IMG/VR virus record: IMGVR_UViG_3300034759_000204
Origin: an uncultured virus (IMG/VR IMGVR_UViG_3300034759_000204)
Lineage: Duplodnaviria; Heunggongvirae; Uroviricota; Caudoviricetes
Length of the DNA stretch: 20,000 nt
Direction: 5' to 3' (one strand)
Shown piece by piece: positions 12,206-20,000 of the stretch. Position numbers and translations under genes: made by a program. The first letter of the stretch is position 1. The number at the start of each line of letters is the position of its first letter. The notes below the pieces were generated by a model. The model saw only the letters and a program-made list of their open reading frames with translations, ran no database searches and was not told where the DNA came from.

Positions 12206-13342
12206 TTGTTTGTACAACCATATATTAATTATAGAGATGGTGAAGGATTAAGATTAATTATAGGTTATAGTAAATGTGACCTTAATTGTAAAAATTGCCA
12301 TTTAACCAAAGATGAAAATGTTAGTTTTGAATATATTTTAAATCTTCTTGATAATATAAAAACAACAGGCTATTTGTAGAAAATGCCATTGTAGTTTTCA
12401 GAACAATTATCTTAGATGACTTATGATAAAACTGTTGGTTACAATAAATATGGATTTGTAAATAATGAAATAGAAGAAAATAAACTAGGGATCCCTATAA
12501 TTGGCATAACAATTGGAGGCGGTAATGCTTTATCAGACACAAATATAAATTACACAGAAAAGATTTTACAACATAAAAATGTTGACAATTAGATTATTTA
12601 TTTAGGATATACAAAGGAATATATAAAACAAAAACATTTAAATTTTTTAAATAAACATAAGAATAAAATAAAATATATAAAAATTGGCCCTTATATAGAT
12701 GAGCAAAAAAATTATGGAATATATTATGGTTCTTTAAATCAAAAAATATATGATATAGAATTAAACAATATTGAAGAACTATTACCATATAAAAATGTAT
12801 TAAAAATTGATAATTCTAAGAGAGAAGAAATTAAAAAATTTTTTGATAACAATAAATTTTATGATGACCTAATAGAATTAAATACGTTCTAGGGAGAATA
12901 CATTGGTTATAATTTCTAGTTACCTAATGAATTGTCAAATTCTGTTATTTTGTCTGAGACAAAAAAATATGTACTAGGAATAAATAATATTTTTGGTTTA
13001 TGGTTAATAAATAATTTAGAAACACCATTTTTAACTTTTGAAATAGGTAATTATACAAAAAGTCAGATATATGGTATGTATATTTAGATGCAAAAATATA
13101 ATAATGATTTTTAGATAGAAACATTTTTTAAACATATAAAAGATAAATAGGTAATAAAAAATGGATAGAAAATTCAAGTAGATACTATTTTTGATAATAA
13201 TTTAAGATTTAAAAGAAATTATAATGATTTATATCTATTAAAAAAACTGTTTATGAATAGTTTTTATGAAACAAATTATAATAACTACTTTTTGCAAAAT
13301 GAAAAAACTTCAAATATATTTTTTGAATCATTTTTGAGGTGA
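12206..13342 (+). CDS. NrdG-like radical SAM protein (anaerobic RNR activase fold) with a long C-terminal extension, ~378 aa
   Basis: SD AGGTGA then TTG 12206 (alternative GTG 12197). Motifs DGEGLR, CDLNCKNCH, GITIGGGN, IYLGY and YIKIGPYI...GSLNQKIYD match the NrdG layout. Open through TAG to TGA 13340-13342. Confidence 0.78.
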
Positions 13343-13347
13343 TATAA

Positions 13348-14040
13348 ATGGCAATTGCATTAGAATAGATAACAACATCATATTCTATAACTGGAGGAGA
13401 ATTAATTAGAGCAGAAATAAGGACATAGTTGAATAAAGCAAAAAACAATGCAGCTGATTATGGTTACCCTATCAGTGGTTTTGTAGATTCTGATATAATA
13501 TATGGGAATAGCCAATTTAGATTAATTTAGAATTCATATTAGACTATATCTTCTACTATGGGTTTTGGGAATGCTCCACCTTCCAGCTCATATTTTGATA
13601 CAAATGATACTATAGATGATGCATATGTGTCACCCTTAGTTTCTTCTATAAAGTATTATTCAACTTGCCGTTGTAATTATAACAACTATTATAAATATCA
13701 ATATTGTGTAGAAAAAGGGACATGCACATGTAATACTCGTTAGACTCGAAGTTGTTCATGTAATGTAAATTTTTTTTGTACTTGCCAAACTGTATATGCT
13801 ACAGATATTAGAGATTATAATTATTGTAGTGTTTGTAGTAGCAATTACGTTTCTTGTTCATGTAATAAATACTTTGGCTGTGTGGAACGTAGAACTTTGG
13901 ACGAAATACAAGGGTGTTAGTGTAATTCAGATAAAGATACAAAAACAAATTTATGTAGTACAAATTTACGGAACAGTAGTTGTTTAAATGGATGTACTTG
14001 TAATGCTGATGGGTGTAGATGTAACTCACAACTAGTTTAA
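13348..14040 (+). CDS. Second Cys-rich protein (230 aa): Cys-free N-terminal half and CxCN-rich C-terminal half; candidate rSAM substrate
   Basis: SD GAGGTG, ATG 13348, TAA 14038-14040. Contains CRCN, CTCN, CSCN, CTCQ, CSCN, C*CN, CTCN and CRCN motifs. Confidence 0.85.
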
Positions 14041-14054
14041 TAAAGGAGATTATT

Positions 14055-14564
14055 ATGTTTGAAGATTATATAAATTTATTGTTCAACAAAAAAATTGAAT
14101 ATAAAGATTTATTAATACCTGAAGAATTTATAGATAAATAGCAATTATTGTTTGATGAAATAATTAATTATTAGTTATATAATGATTTTGATGTTGAATA
14201 CAAAAAAAATCATCAGATTTAGAACATGAAACTAAAAGACGACATAATAGAATATATTTCACCTTTAGGTATTACAGTACAACTAGAAAAAAAGTTTGAT
14301 ACTTTAAAAAAAAATTAGGAATATTATAATTCAATTAGAGACGAAATGTAGAAAATAAAATGTACAAACTGTCAGTTACAATAGTATTGTCCATATGATA
14401 TACCTACTATAGATCAATGTGGATTTACTATAAAGTTTTAGGCATTATTATATAGAAATTTATTAGTTATATATGAAAATAAATACGTTAATAACAAAAA
14501 AGAACATATAAAACAAATAGATATTTGTAAAGATTTTAAGGCTGGTGTTATAAATGAGTTATAA
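14055..14564 (+). CDS. Hypothetical protein with a SPASM-like C-x2-C-x5-C motif (169 aa)
   Basis: SD AAGGAG, ATG 14055, TAA 14562-14564. Motif KCTNCQLQ*YCPY...QC. Overlaps the start of the next gene. Confidence 0.75.
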
Positions 14565-15786
14565 AGATTTCTTAAAAGATATATCAACAATCACTTTAAT
14601 TATGACTACTGATTGCAATTTGAGATGCAAATATTGTTTTACGCAAAACTATGGTTATAAACCAGAATATGTAGATTAGAAAGTATTTATAGATTTTATA
14701 AACGAATTATAGGAAATCAAAAATGGAGGTAGTATAGAAAATACGTTTTTTGGTGGTGAACCATTTTTACATTTAGATTAGATGAATGAAATTTAGGAAT
14801 ATTATTAGAAAAAAAATTTTGTTCATTCTAACACAAGAATATTATTTAGTGCTGTTACGAATGGCACTATTATAAATGATAAAATCGTAGACTTTATAAA
14901 TAAATATTTATATAACATACAATTTAGTATAGATGGTTCTATTAAAACTCAAGATAAATATAGAGTTACATAGAATGATAGAGGTTCTTATTATTTAATA
15001 CTAAATTAGATAAGTAAAAATTTAAAAAACATAAATACAAATATGTCTATTAAACAAACGTACTAGCCATATGGTTAGTTGAATATATTAGAAAATTATA
15101 AAGACTAGTATTAGAATTTCTTCCATCCTTTAAAGGATATAACTTTTACATCTATGATTATAAGAAGTGTCGATGTATTTGAACAAGAAGAACAAATATA
15201 GTACATAGACGAATATGCCAAAACATATGATTGGTGGTATGAAAATTTTGTTAAAAAAGGATTTTATAAAGAATAGACATTTTTTGGAGAATTTACTAGA
15301 AATGTGCAGGATATAAATGGTACTTTGAACAATTTCTTTACAACAGAAAATAAAACCCCATGTGGTTAGGGAAAATCACTTTTCGGCATTGATCAAAATG
15401 GTAATTTGTATCCATGCCATCATTTCTAGTATAGCGAACCTGGATATACTGACTTTAAACTTTTAACATACAAACAAAACGGTGATTTATCAAAAATAGA
15501 TTTAGAAAAATTGCAATAGTTTAATTCATATAATCTAACAAAAGGTCCCTGTAATCATTGTTAGGCTTCTTAGAATTGCTATTATTGTCTAGCTGAAAAC
15601 TATCAATACAGGAAAAATTTGAATATGCCTGATAAAAAACTATGTTTAGTTGGTAGAAGTGAAAACTCTATTCAACAAACTTATTATAAAAAAATTTTAT
15701 AGACAAATAATGATTTTATAGATTATATTAATTCATTTGAATATACAATACCTCAAAATAACATTGTTAATTATAGTATGATCTGA
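14554..15786 (+). CDS. Second radical SAM/SPASM protein (410 aa, 19 in-frame TAG)
   Basis: Motifs CNLRCKYC, FFGGEP, VTNGT, FSIDG, PCG*G...NGNLYPCHHF and CNHC-x5-CYYC. TGA 15784-15786. Confidence 0.92.
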
Positions 15787-15813
15787 ATTTTTTTAAAAAG
15801 AGGGTGTTATTAA

Positions 15814-16089
15814 ATGCAAAAAATTTATATAAATAATATAGATTTAACTTATAAATTAGAATCACTACAAATGGAGTATAATAGTTATACACAAACAACA
15901 ACATTTATTGTTATATAGAAAGATATGATTGTATTTAATGAAGTTCACAACGTGATAACTAATAATACAAATTTTATAGTAAAAGTTGTTGACGAAGAAA
16001 CAGGGAAATCAATAGAATATAGTATTAATGAATAGAGTGACAGAATAGATTTAATAACATCTAATAACACTATTATTTTAAAGGGGTAA
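15814..16089 (+). CDS. Small hypothetical protein (91 aa)
   Basis: SD GAGGGTG, ATG 15814, two TAG, TAA 16087-16089. Confidence 0.78.
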
Positions 16090-16095
16090 TTAAAA

Positions 16096-16356
16096 TTGAT
16101 AAAACTTATAGTTGATGGCAAACCTTTTGAATATGACTTTTATTCAATAGATGGCGTTGATAATAAAACTGTTTATACTTTTCACAAACACAGCATAAAT
16201 TTTGAAGATATTGTTAATATGAAGGTTAACAATGCTCAAATAATATATGATAATGTTGACCTTTTGGCTGGTAAAAAGTATACTATAAGAAAATAGATTG
16301 ATTATGATAAAAATACTAATTATAAAGTAATAAAAATTCAAATTGAAACTGAATAA
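16096..16356 (+). CDS. Small hypothetical protein (86 aa)
   Basis: TTG 16096 after AAGGGG. The track ORF extends through TAG 16294-16296 to TAA 16354-16356, abutting the next SD. Confidence 0.78.
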
Positions 16357-16373
16357 TAAGGAGGTAATAAAAT

Positions 16374-16748
16374 ATGGTAATTAAATTATATGATAACACA
16401 AATACTGAATTTGGCAGTATACAAGCAGAACCAGCTTATATAAAGTATAATTTGAAATATGATGAGGAAAAACAAAGTTTTTTTGGATATTTTGAATTAC
16501 TTAAAAGTGAATAGGATATGATAACTAACCTCAAACTTTTACAACATTCTACTAATCAAAATTTTTCTCATTTCACTGTTTCAAATGAAGATGGTACAGA
16601 ATTATATAGTATATCTATGTTATTTTAGAAAAATCAAGTTATTAATATTGATAATGGTGAACTTTATATTAGGATGGATATTGAAATTAATAATGAAAAC
16701 ATGGATACATATATTAATTTTTTAAACACAAATAACATAACTATATAA
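16374..16748 (+). CDS. Hypothetical protein (124 aa)
   Basis: Strong SD AAGGAGGT, ATG 16374, two TAG, TAA 16746-16748. Confidence 0.8.
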
Positions 16749-16761
16749 TATTTAAAAGTAC

Positions 16762-16788
16762 AGAGGGTCGGCATAATACCGACCCTCT
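16762..16788. terminator. GC-rich hairpin, probable terminator (T-tract on the minus strand)
   Basis: AGAGGGTCGG-CATAATA-CCGACCCTCT, a perfect 10-bp stem directly after the plus-strand gene run. Confidence 0.7.
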
Positions 16789-16850
16789 CTTGAGTTGTCA
16801 ATCTCGAAAATGACCTCGTTTCCATTCCTTATAGGTAGTTATCTGATATA

Positions 16851-16879
16851 ATTATACTATACAATTTTAAATTTGTCAA
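16851..16879 (-). promoter_or_regulatory. Consensus sigma70/sigmaA promoter TTGACA-17-TATAAT
   Basis: The plus strand has ATTATA at 16851-16856 and TGTCAA at 16874-16879 with a 17-nt spacer. Confidence 0.75.
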
Positions 16880-16901
16880 TATTTTTTAGGAGGTTTAAAT
16901 A

Positions 16902-17204
16902 TTGAAAATTGAAGGTGCACAAAAATTAGGTGGTAAAGTAGCTGTTATTTTATACTACGATAAAAAAGAAAAATTGTATTATTCATACATCTATTCGTTT
17001 GGTACTATGCTGTATGGGGATACATTAGAAGAATGTATTGAAGAAACTTTAGAAGTGTTGAAAGAATATAAAGAATTACTAGATAATGGGAAAATAAAAT
17101 TTAGTTCACTTAAAAAAAAAGAAAGTTTTTCAAAAACAATACAGTTATACTGGGGTTTGCTGAAAACCAAAATTATTTCTTTTTTTCTAACAAAAAACCA
17201 GTAA
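16902..17204 (+). CDS. HicB-like (UPF0150) antitoxin-domain protein, 100 aa
   Basis: SD AGGAGG, TTG start. YYDKKEKLYY...GTMLYGDTLEECIEETLEVLKEY matches the HicB N-terminal G(D/E)TxEE pattern. No TAG. Confidence 0.65.
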   Translation: MKIEGAQKLGGKVAVILYYDKKEKLYYSYIYSFGTMLYGDTLEECIEETLEVLKEYKELLDNGKIKFSSLKKKESFSKTIQLYWGLLKTKIISFFLTKNQ

Positions 17205-17334
17205 TTAGTCCTAAAATTTGTTCTTTTGTAAAATTTTTTTCTTCTATTTCTTTTAGAAATTCTAATTCTTTTTCTGTTAAAGTATAACCTTCTATTTCTA
17301 AAGTTTGTTTTATATATTTAAATTTATCAAACAT
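17173..17334 (-). CDS. Small VbhA/FicA-like antitoxin candidate (53 aa)
   Basis: SD AAGGA. MFDKFKYIKQTLEIEGYTLTEKELEFLKEIEEKNFTKEQIL... contains the (S/T)xx(I/L)EG inhibitory motif. Confidence 0.55.
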   Translation of the reverse strand: MFDKFKYIKQTLEIEGYTLTEKELEFLKEIEEKNFTKEQILGLITGFLLEKKK

Positions 17335-17349
17335 TCAATCAATCCTTTT

Positions 17350-17502
17350 TTATCTAATACTGTAATAATAATTTTCTTCCTCTTCAATTCTAAGATAAGG
17401 AAATCTTATATATTGTCCATCAATATTTATTTCTGCATATTTTCCTTCTTTAGTAAGTTGTAAAAAAGTTAGTAAAACTTCTTCTTTTTCTTTACTTACC
17501 AT
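17350..17502 (-). CDS. Small hypothetical protein (50 aa)
   Basis: SD GAAGGCGG. MVSKEKEEVLLTFLQLTKEGKYAEINIDGQYIRFPYLRIEEEENYYYSIR, TAA stop. Confidence 0.6.
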   Translation of the reverse strand: MVSKEKEEVLLTFLQLTKEGKYAEINIDGQYIRFPYLRIEEEENYYYSIR

Positions 17503-17608
17503 ATTTTCCGCCTTCTTTCAACGAATTTTATAAATAATAAAAAAGGCCAAGGCTCACAAAGAATACCCTGGCACTGACTACTAAAACTAAATTAACAGTA
17601 TTTTTTCA

Positions 17609-18004
17609 TTAAATTTCAATAGTAGTTCTCATCATGAAGTACCATCCTTGAAAAGTTTCTGGTTCATTCTTTTCAACATCTTTCCAAGAAATTGTTTCAA
17701 AAGTAGTTCTTTTTGTGTTTGCGTTTTTACCAATATATTTATCTTTATATATCTCTTCATCTTCTTCTTCATATTCATCATCATATTTTCTTTTAATTTG
17801 TGTATATTCGTCTTCAAACCAAAAAATAAATGATTCTTCAATCAAATTTTCTTCATTTTCAAAATAACAAAATTTTAATTTCACACCATTTATAAGTTTT
17901 TTGAAATAAACTTCATTACAATACATTCCAAAATTTGTTTGTCCTCTTTTAGGCATAACTTGATAATAATCTTTAACTATTTTTTTAAATTCTTCTTTTG
18001 TCAT
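17609..18004 (-). CDS. Hypothetical acidic phage protein (131 aa)
   Basis: SD AAGGAG, ATG 18004, TAA stop, natural amino-acid composition, no TAG. Confidence 0.8.
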   Translation of the reverse strand: MTKEEFKKIVKDYYQVMPKRGQTNFGMYCNEVYFKKLINGVKLKFCYFENEENLIEESFIFWFEDEYTQIKRKYDDEYEEEDEEIYKDKYIGKNANTKRTTFETISWKDVEKNEPETFQGWYFMMRTTIEI

Positions 18005-18127
18005 AATATATCTCCTTATTAAAATTATTTTTTTTGTTATTAGATATTTTAATTATACTATTCATATATAGGATAATTAAACTTTGTTAATTTGTATTTG
18101 AGAAAATAAAAAAGGAGGAACAAAAAA

Positions 18128-18442
18128 ATGAATGAAATTTTATTTTGGGTATTAGGTTTTGGAATTATTTTGTTGGTTGGATGGTTATTGTCAAAAGATA
18201 AGGTTAAAGATGTTCTTGATACAGTAAAAGAAGTTGCTGAAATAGTTGTTGGTGAAACTGAACAATTGTCTAATTTTAATGAAATGACTAGCGAACAGAA
18301 AAAGGAATATTAGATGAGTAGAGCTAAGATTATTTTAGAAAAATTAGGAAAATCTAACGCAATTTCAGATGAAATGCTTTCAAGTGCTATTGAATAGGCT
18401 GTGTTATAGATGAACCTTTTTCGTCCAAAAGAAAAAGATTGA
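18128..18442 (+). CDS. Phage holin, LL-H-like family (104 aa)
   Basis: SD AGGAGG and an N-terminal TM helix. VGETEQ...EQKKEY*...LEKLG...SAIE*AVL*MN matches the LL-H holin pattern. TGA 18440-18442. Confidence 0.82.
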
Positions 18443-18749
18443 AATATTAGAATTAACTGATGTTAAAGATTTATATAATGCTATTAAAAGCCAGAATGGT
18501 ATTAGTGTTTTAAATGTATTAGCTAATATGCTAAAAAATAAATTTGGTTTTAAAACAATAGTTATCAATAACACACTTTATTTTTAGAAAGGTAATTTTG
18601 AAATTCCTATGTCTGGTAGTAAATGGATTGAAAGTTGGAAAGATCAATATTTTAAAACAGAAATCAAAATTACTGAAGATCAACTAAAATAGAAATTAGA
18701 TGATAGTTTTAGAAATGGTACTTCTATTAGACTTGGAGATATTTTTTAA
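18438..18749 (+). CDS. Hypothetical protein, start uncertain
   Basis: Frame is open 18414-18749 (two TAG) and fills the gap to the next SD. There is no canonical start before ATG 18528. Confidence 0.55.
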
Positions 18750-18767
18750 AAAAGGAGTTGATAAATT

Positions 18768-19169
18768 TTGGATTTTATAACCGATAATTGGATTCAAATT
18801 TTAATCTCTTTAGCTTTGGCTGCTGTGTTTTTTATTCCTGTTAATAATGCAATTAATTACTTTATGTTTGAAGAACAACCCTCGGAAATTATATTTGAAA
18901 TTGATTAGCAAGTATAGGAAGGAAATATGGTTGTTTTGATAGAAAATTAGAATTAGGATGAAGTTGAAATGTTTTTTAATTCTGATATATTGAGTTTTGA
19001 AGATACTCAAGATGGTGTTGTTATAATTTTTAAAGATTCAAAAACACAATATTTGTTTAAAGATTTGACTTTTGAACAATTATTACCAATATTAAATATG
19101 AAAATATTAGATATTTATTATAATCAAACATCTAACACAACATTTTTATATTTAAAAGGAGTTGATTAA
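18768..19169 (+). CDS. Membrane-anchored hypothetical protein (133 aa)
   Basis: SD AAGGAG, TTG 18768, N-terminal hydrophobic segment WIQILISLALAAVFFIPV, four TAG. Includes track ORF 18969-19169. Confidence 0.75.
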
Positions 19170-19171
19170 TT

Positions 19172-19735
19172 TTGCCAAAATCAGTTAATTTAAAAAGTTT
19201 AAAACCTGGAGATATTTTATTATTTAAAACAGGAAATTAGCTTAATTAGCCATATAATTTTGTTAAAAAAGTTTATGGCTAGACTATGTAGAATTTTCTA
19301 ATTAATAACCTAAAAAATGACTATATACATGCTGAAATTTATTATGGAGATCTTTATGGGCTTGGAGCTACTTAGAGTGGTAGTAGATTTGGGAAATATA
19401 GTTTAGAGTTGCTTTCTAACTTAACTATTATGAGACTGAAAGATAAAGAAATAGATCAAGAATTAATGAGAGAATAGATAAATCAATTTCATAATTTAGA
19501 ATATGACTTTGATTCTTTAATTAGAAATAGTATATCTGAAATACTTAACATAGTTAAATTAGAAAAAGTTTTAGAAAATTTGTATGAAATTGAAACACCA
19601 AACTAGCTGATTTGTTCTGAACTTGTCTAGCGTGTGTATACTGAATATGGAGAACCATTGTTTGAAAGAGAAGATTGGGTTTCACCACAGGATTTATTTG
19701 AAAATCCCAAACTAGAAATTATATATACTGTTTAA
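19172..19735 (+). CDS. Permuted papain-like amidase (YiiX/YaeF, peptidase C92-like), 187 aa
   Basis: SD AAGGAG, TTG 19172. Motifs LKPGDILLF, HAEIYYG, YDF, ICSELV*RVY and VSPQDL. TAA 19733-19735. Confidence 0.85.
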
Positions 19736-19741
19736 TCTTTT

Positions 19742-19769
19742 AAAGAGCCTTAAAAGGCTCTTTTTTTTT
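19742..19769 (+). terminator. Intrinsic terminator
   Basis: AAAGAGCCT-TAAA-AGGCTCTTT followed by a T-run. Confidence 0.85.
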
Positions 19770-19825
19770 ACATAAATCAACCCCATTGTTTGTTCTGATG
19801 TTAATTTATCTATGAACAAACAATT

Positions 19826-19902
19826 GGGGGCGTAGCTTAATAGGCGAGAGCAGTGGTCCCTAAAACCATTGGGTGTGGGTTCGAATCCCATCGCCTCCAC
19901 CA
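19826..19902 (+). tRNA. Amber-decoding tRNA, anticodon CUA, with alanine identity elements (tRNA-Ala(CUA))
   Basis: Cloverleaf: acceptor GGGGGCG/CGCCTCC (G3:U70), D-stem GCTT/GAGC, anticodon stem GTGGT/ACCAT with loop CC-CTA-AA (CTA 19860-19862), T-arm GTGGG-TTCGAAT-CCCAT, discriminator A and encoded CCA. Confidence 0.95.
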
Positions 19903-19905
19903 TTT

Positions 19906-19934
19906 AAACAGAGGATTAATCCTCTGTTTTTTTT
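19906..19934 (+). terminator. Intrinsic terminator after the tRNA
   Basis: AAACAGAGGA-TTAA-TCCTCTGTTT followed by a T-run. Confidence 0.85.
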
Positions 19935-19951
19935 ATTTTTATCAGAAAACA

Positions 19952-19993
19952 AGCAAGAAGACTCCCACCTCTTTAGGTGGGAGATGAATTGCT
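19952..19993. mobile_element. Probable IS200/IS605-family subterminal hairpin (element end)
   Basis: AGCAA...CTCCCACCT-CTTT-AGGTGGGAG...TTGCT resembles tnpB-associated IS ends of low-GC bacteria. No transposase lies within the window. Confidence 0.5.
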
Positions 19994-20000
19994 AACATAG

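Noticed and set aside
4173..16748. Pseudogene decay as the explanation for the many stops
   Set aside because: All interruptions are TAG, with no in-frame TAA/TGA or frameshifts over kilobases, and catalytic motifs and SD sites are intact.
17541..17572. Possible minus-strand terminator GCCAGGGT...GCCTTGGC plus T-run
   Set aside because: Long loop and two G-U pairs. Plausible but too weak to call.
63..19010. Other short track ORFs (e.g. 63-440, 250-486, 1650-1847, 2228-2524, 3623-3814, 8399-8584, 12594-12788, 13251-13448, 13796-13987, 13808-14029, 16144-16341, 17632-17841, 17648-17833, 18810-19010)
   Set aside because: They overlap better-supported genes in other frames or strands and have shadow-like composition.
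3..19735. TAG as Gln (code 15) or pyrrolysine
   Set aside because: Conserved positions call for Ala, CAA/CAG are abundant while GCN is depleted in TAG-rich genes, and the tRNA has G3:U70 and a canonical cloverleaf unlike tRNA-Pyl.
19712..19903. 63-aa minus-strand ORF (MVEAMGFEPT...)
   Set aside because: Typical antisense translation of a tRNA gene.

Overview
This AT-rich window looks like part of a large tailed phage genome (tail-fibre, lysis and accessory genes), and it is not in the standard genetic code. The ORF track is fragmented because TAG is a sense codon here. Reading through TAG gives about 20 closely packed genes, most with Shine-Dalgarno sites, and all end in TAA or TGA. At conserved family positions TAG stands where Ala is expected (SPASM PCG*G versus PCGAG in the paralog, holin AIE*AV, C92 amidase CSELV*, fibre FDGS*N and GF*IG). 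The window also encodes a matching tRNA (19826-19902) with a CUA anticodon and the alanine identity elements G3:U70 and A73. Together these point to amber-to-Ala recoding rather than the known phage TAG-to-Gln code. Two radical SAM/SPASM genes, each paired with a Cys-rich CxC-repeat protein (one over 700 aa), flank three tail-fibre genes. Also present: an NrdG-like gene, two orphan antitoxin-like genes, a holin, a permuted papain-like amidase and a probable IS200/IS605 end. All family calls come from motif recognition and hand translation, not database searches.
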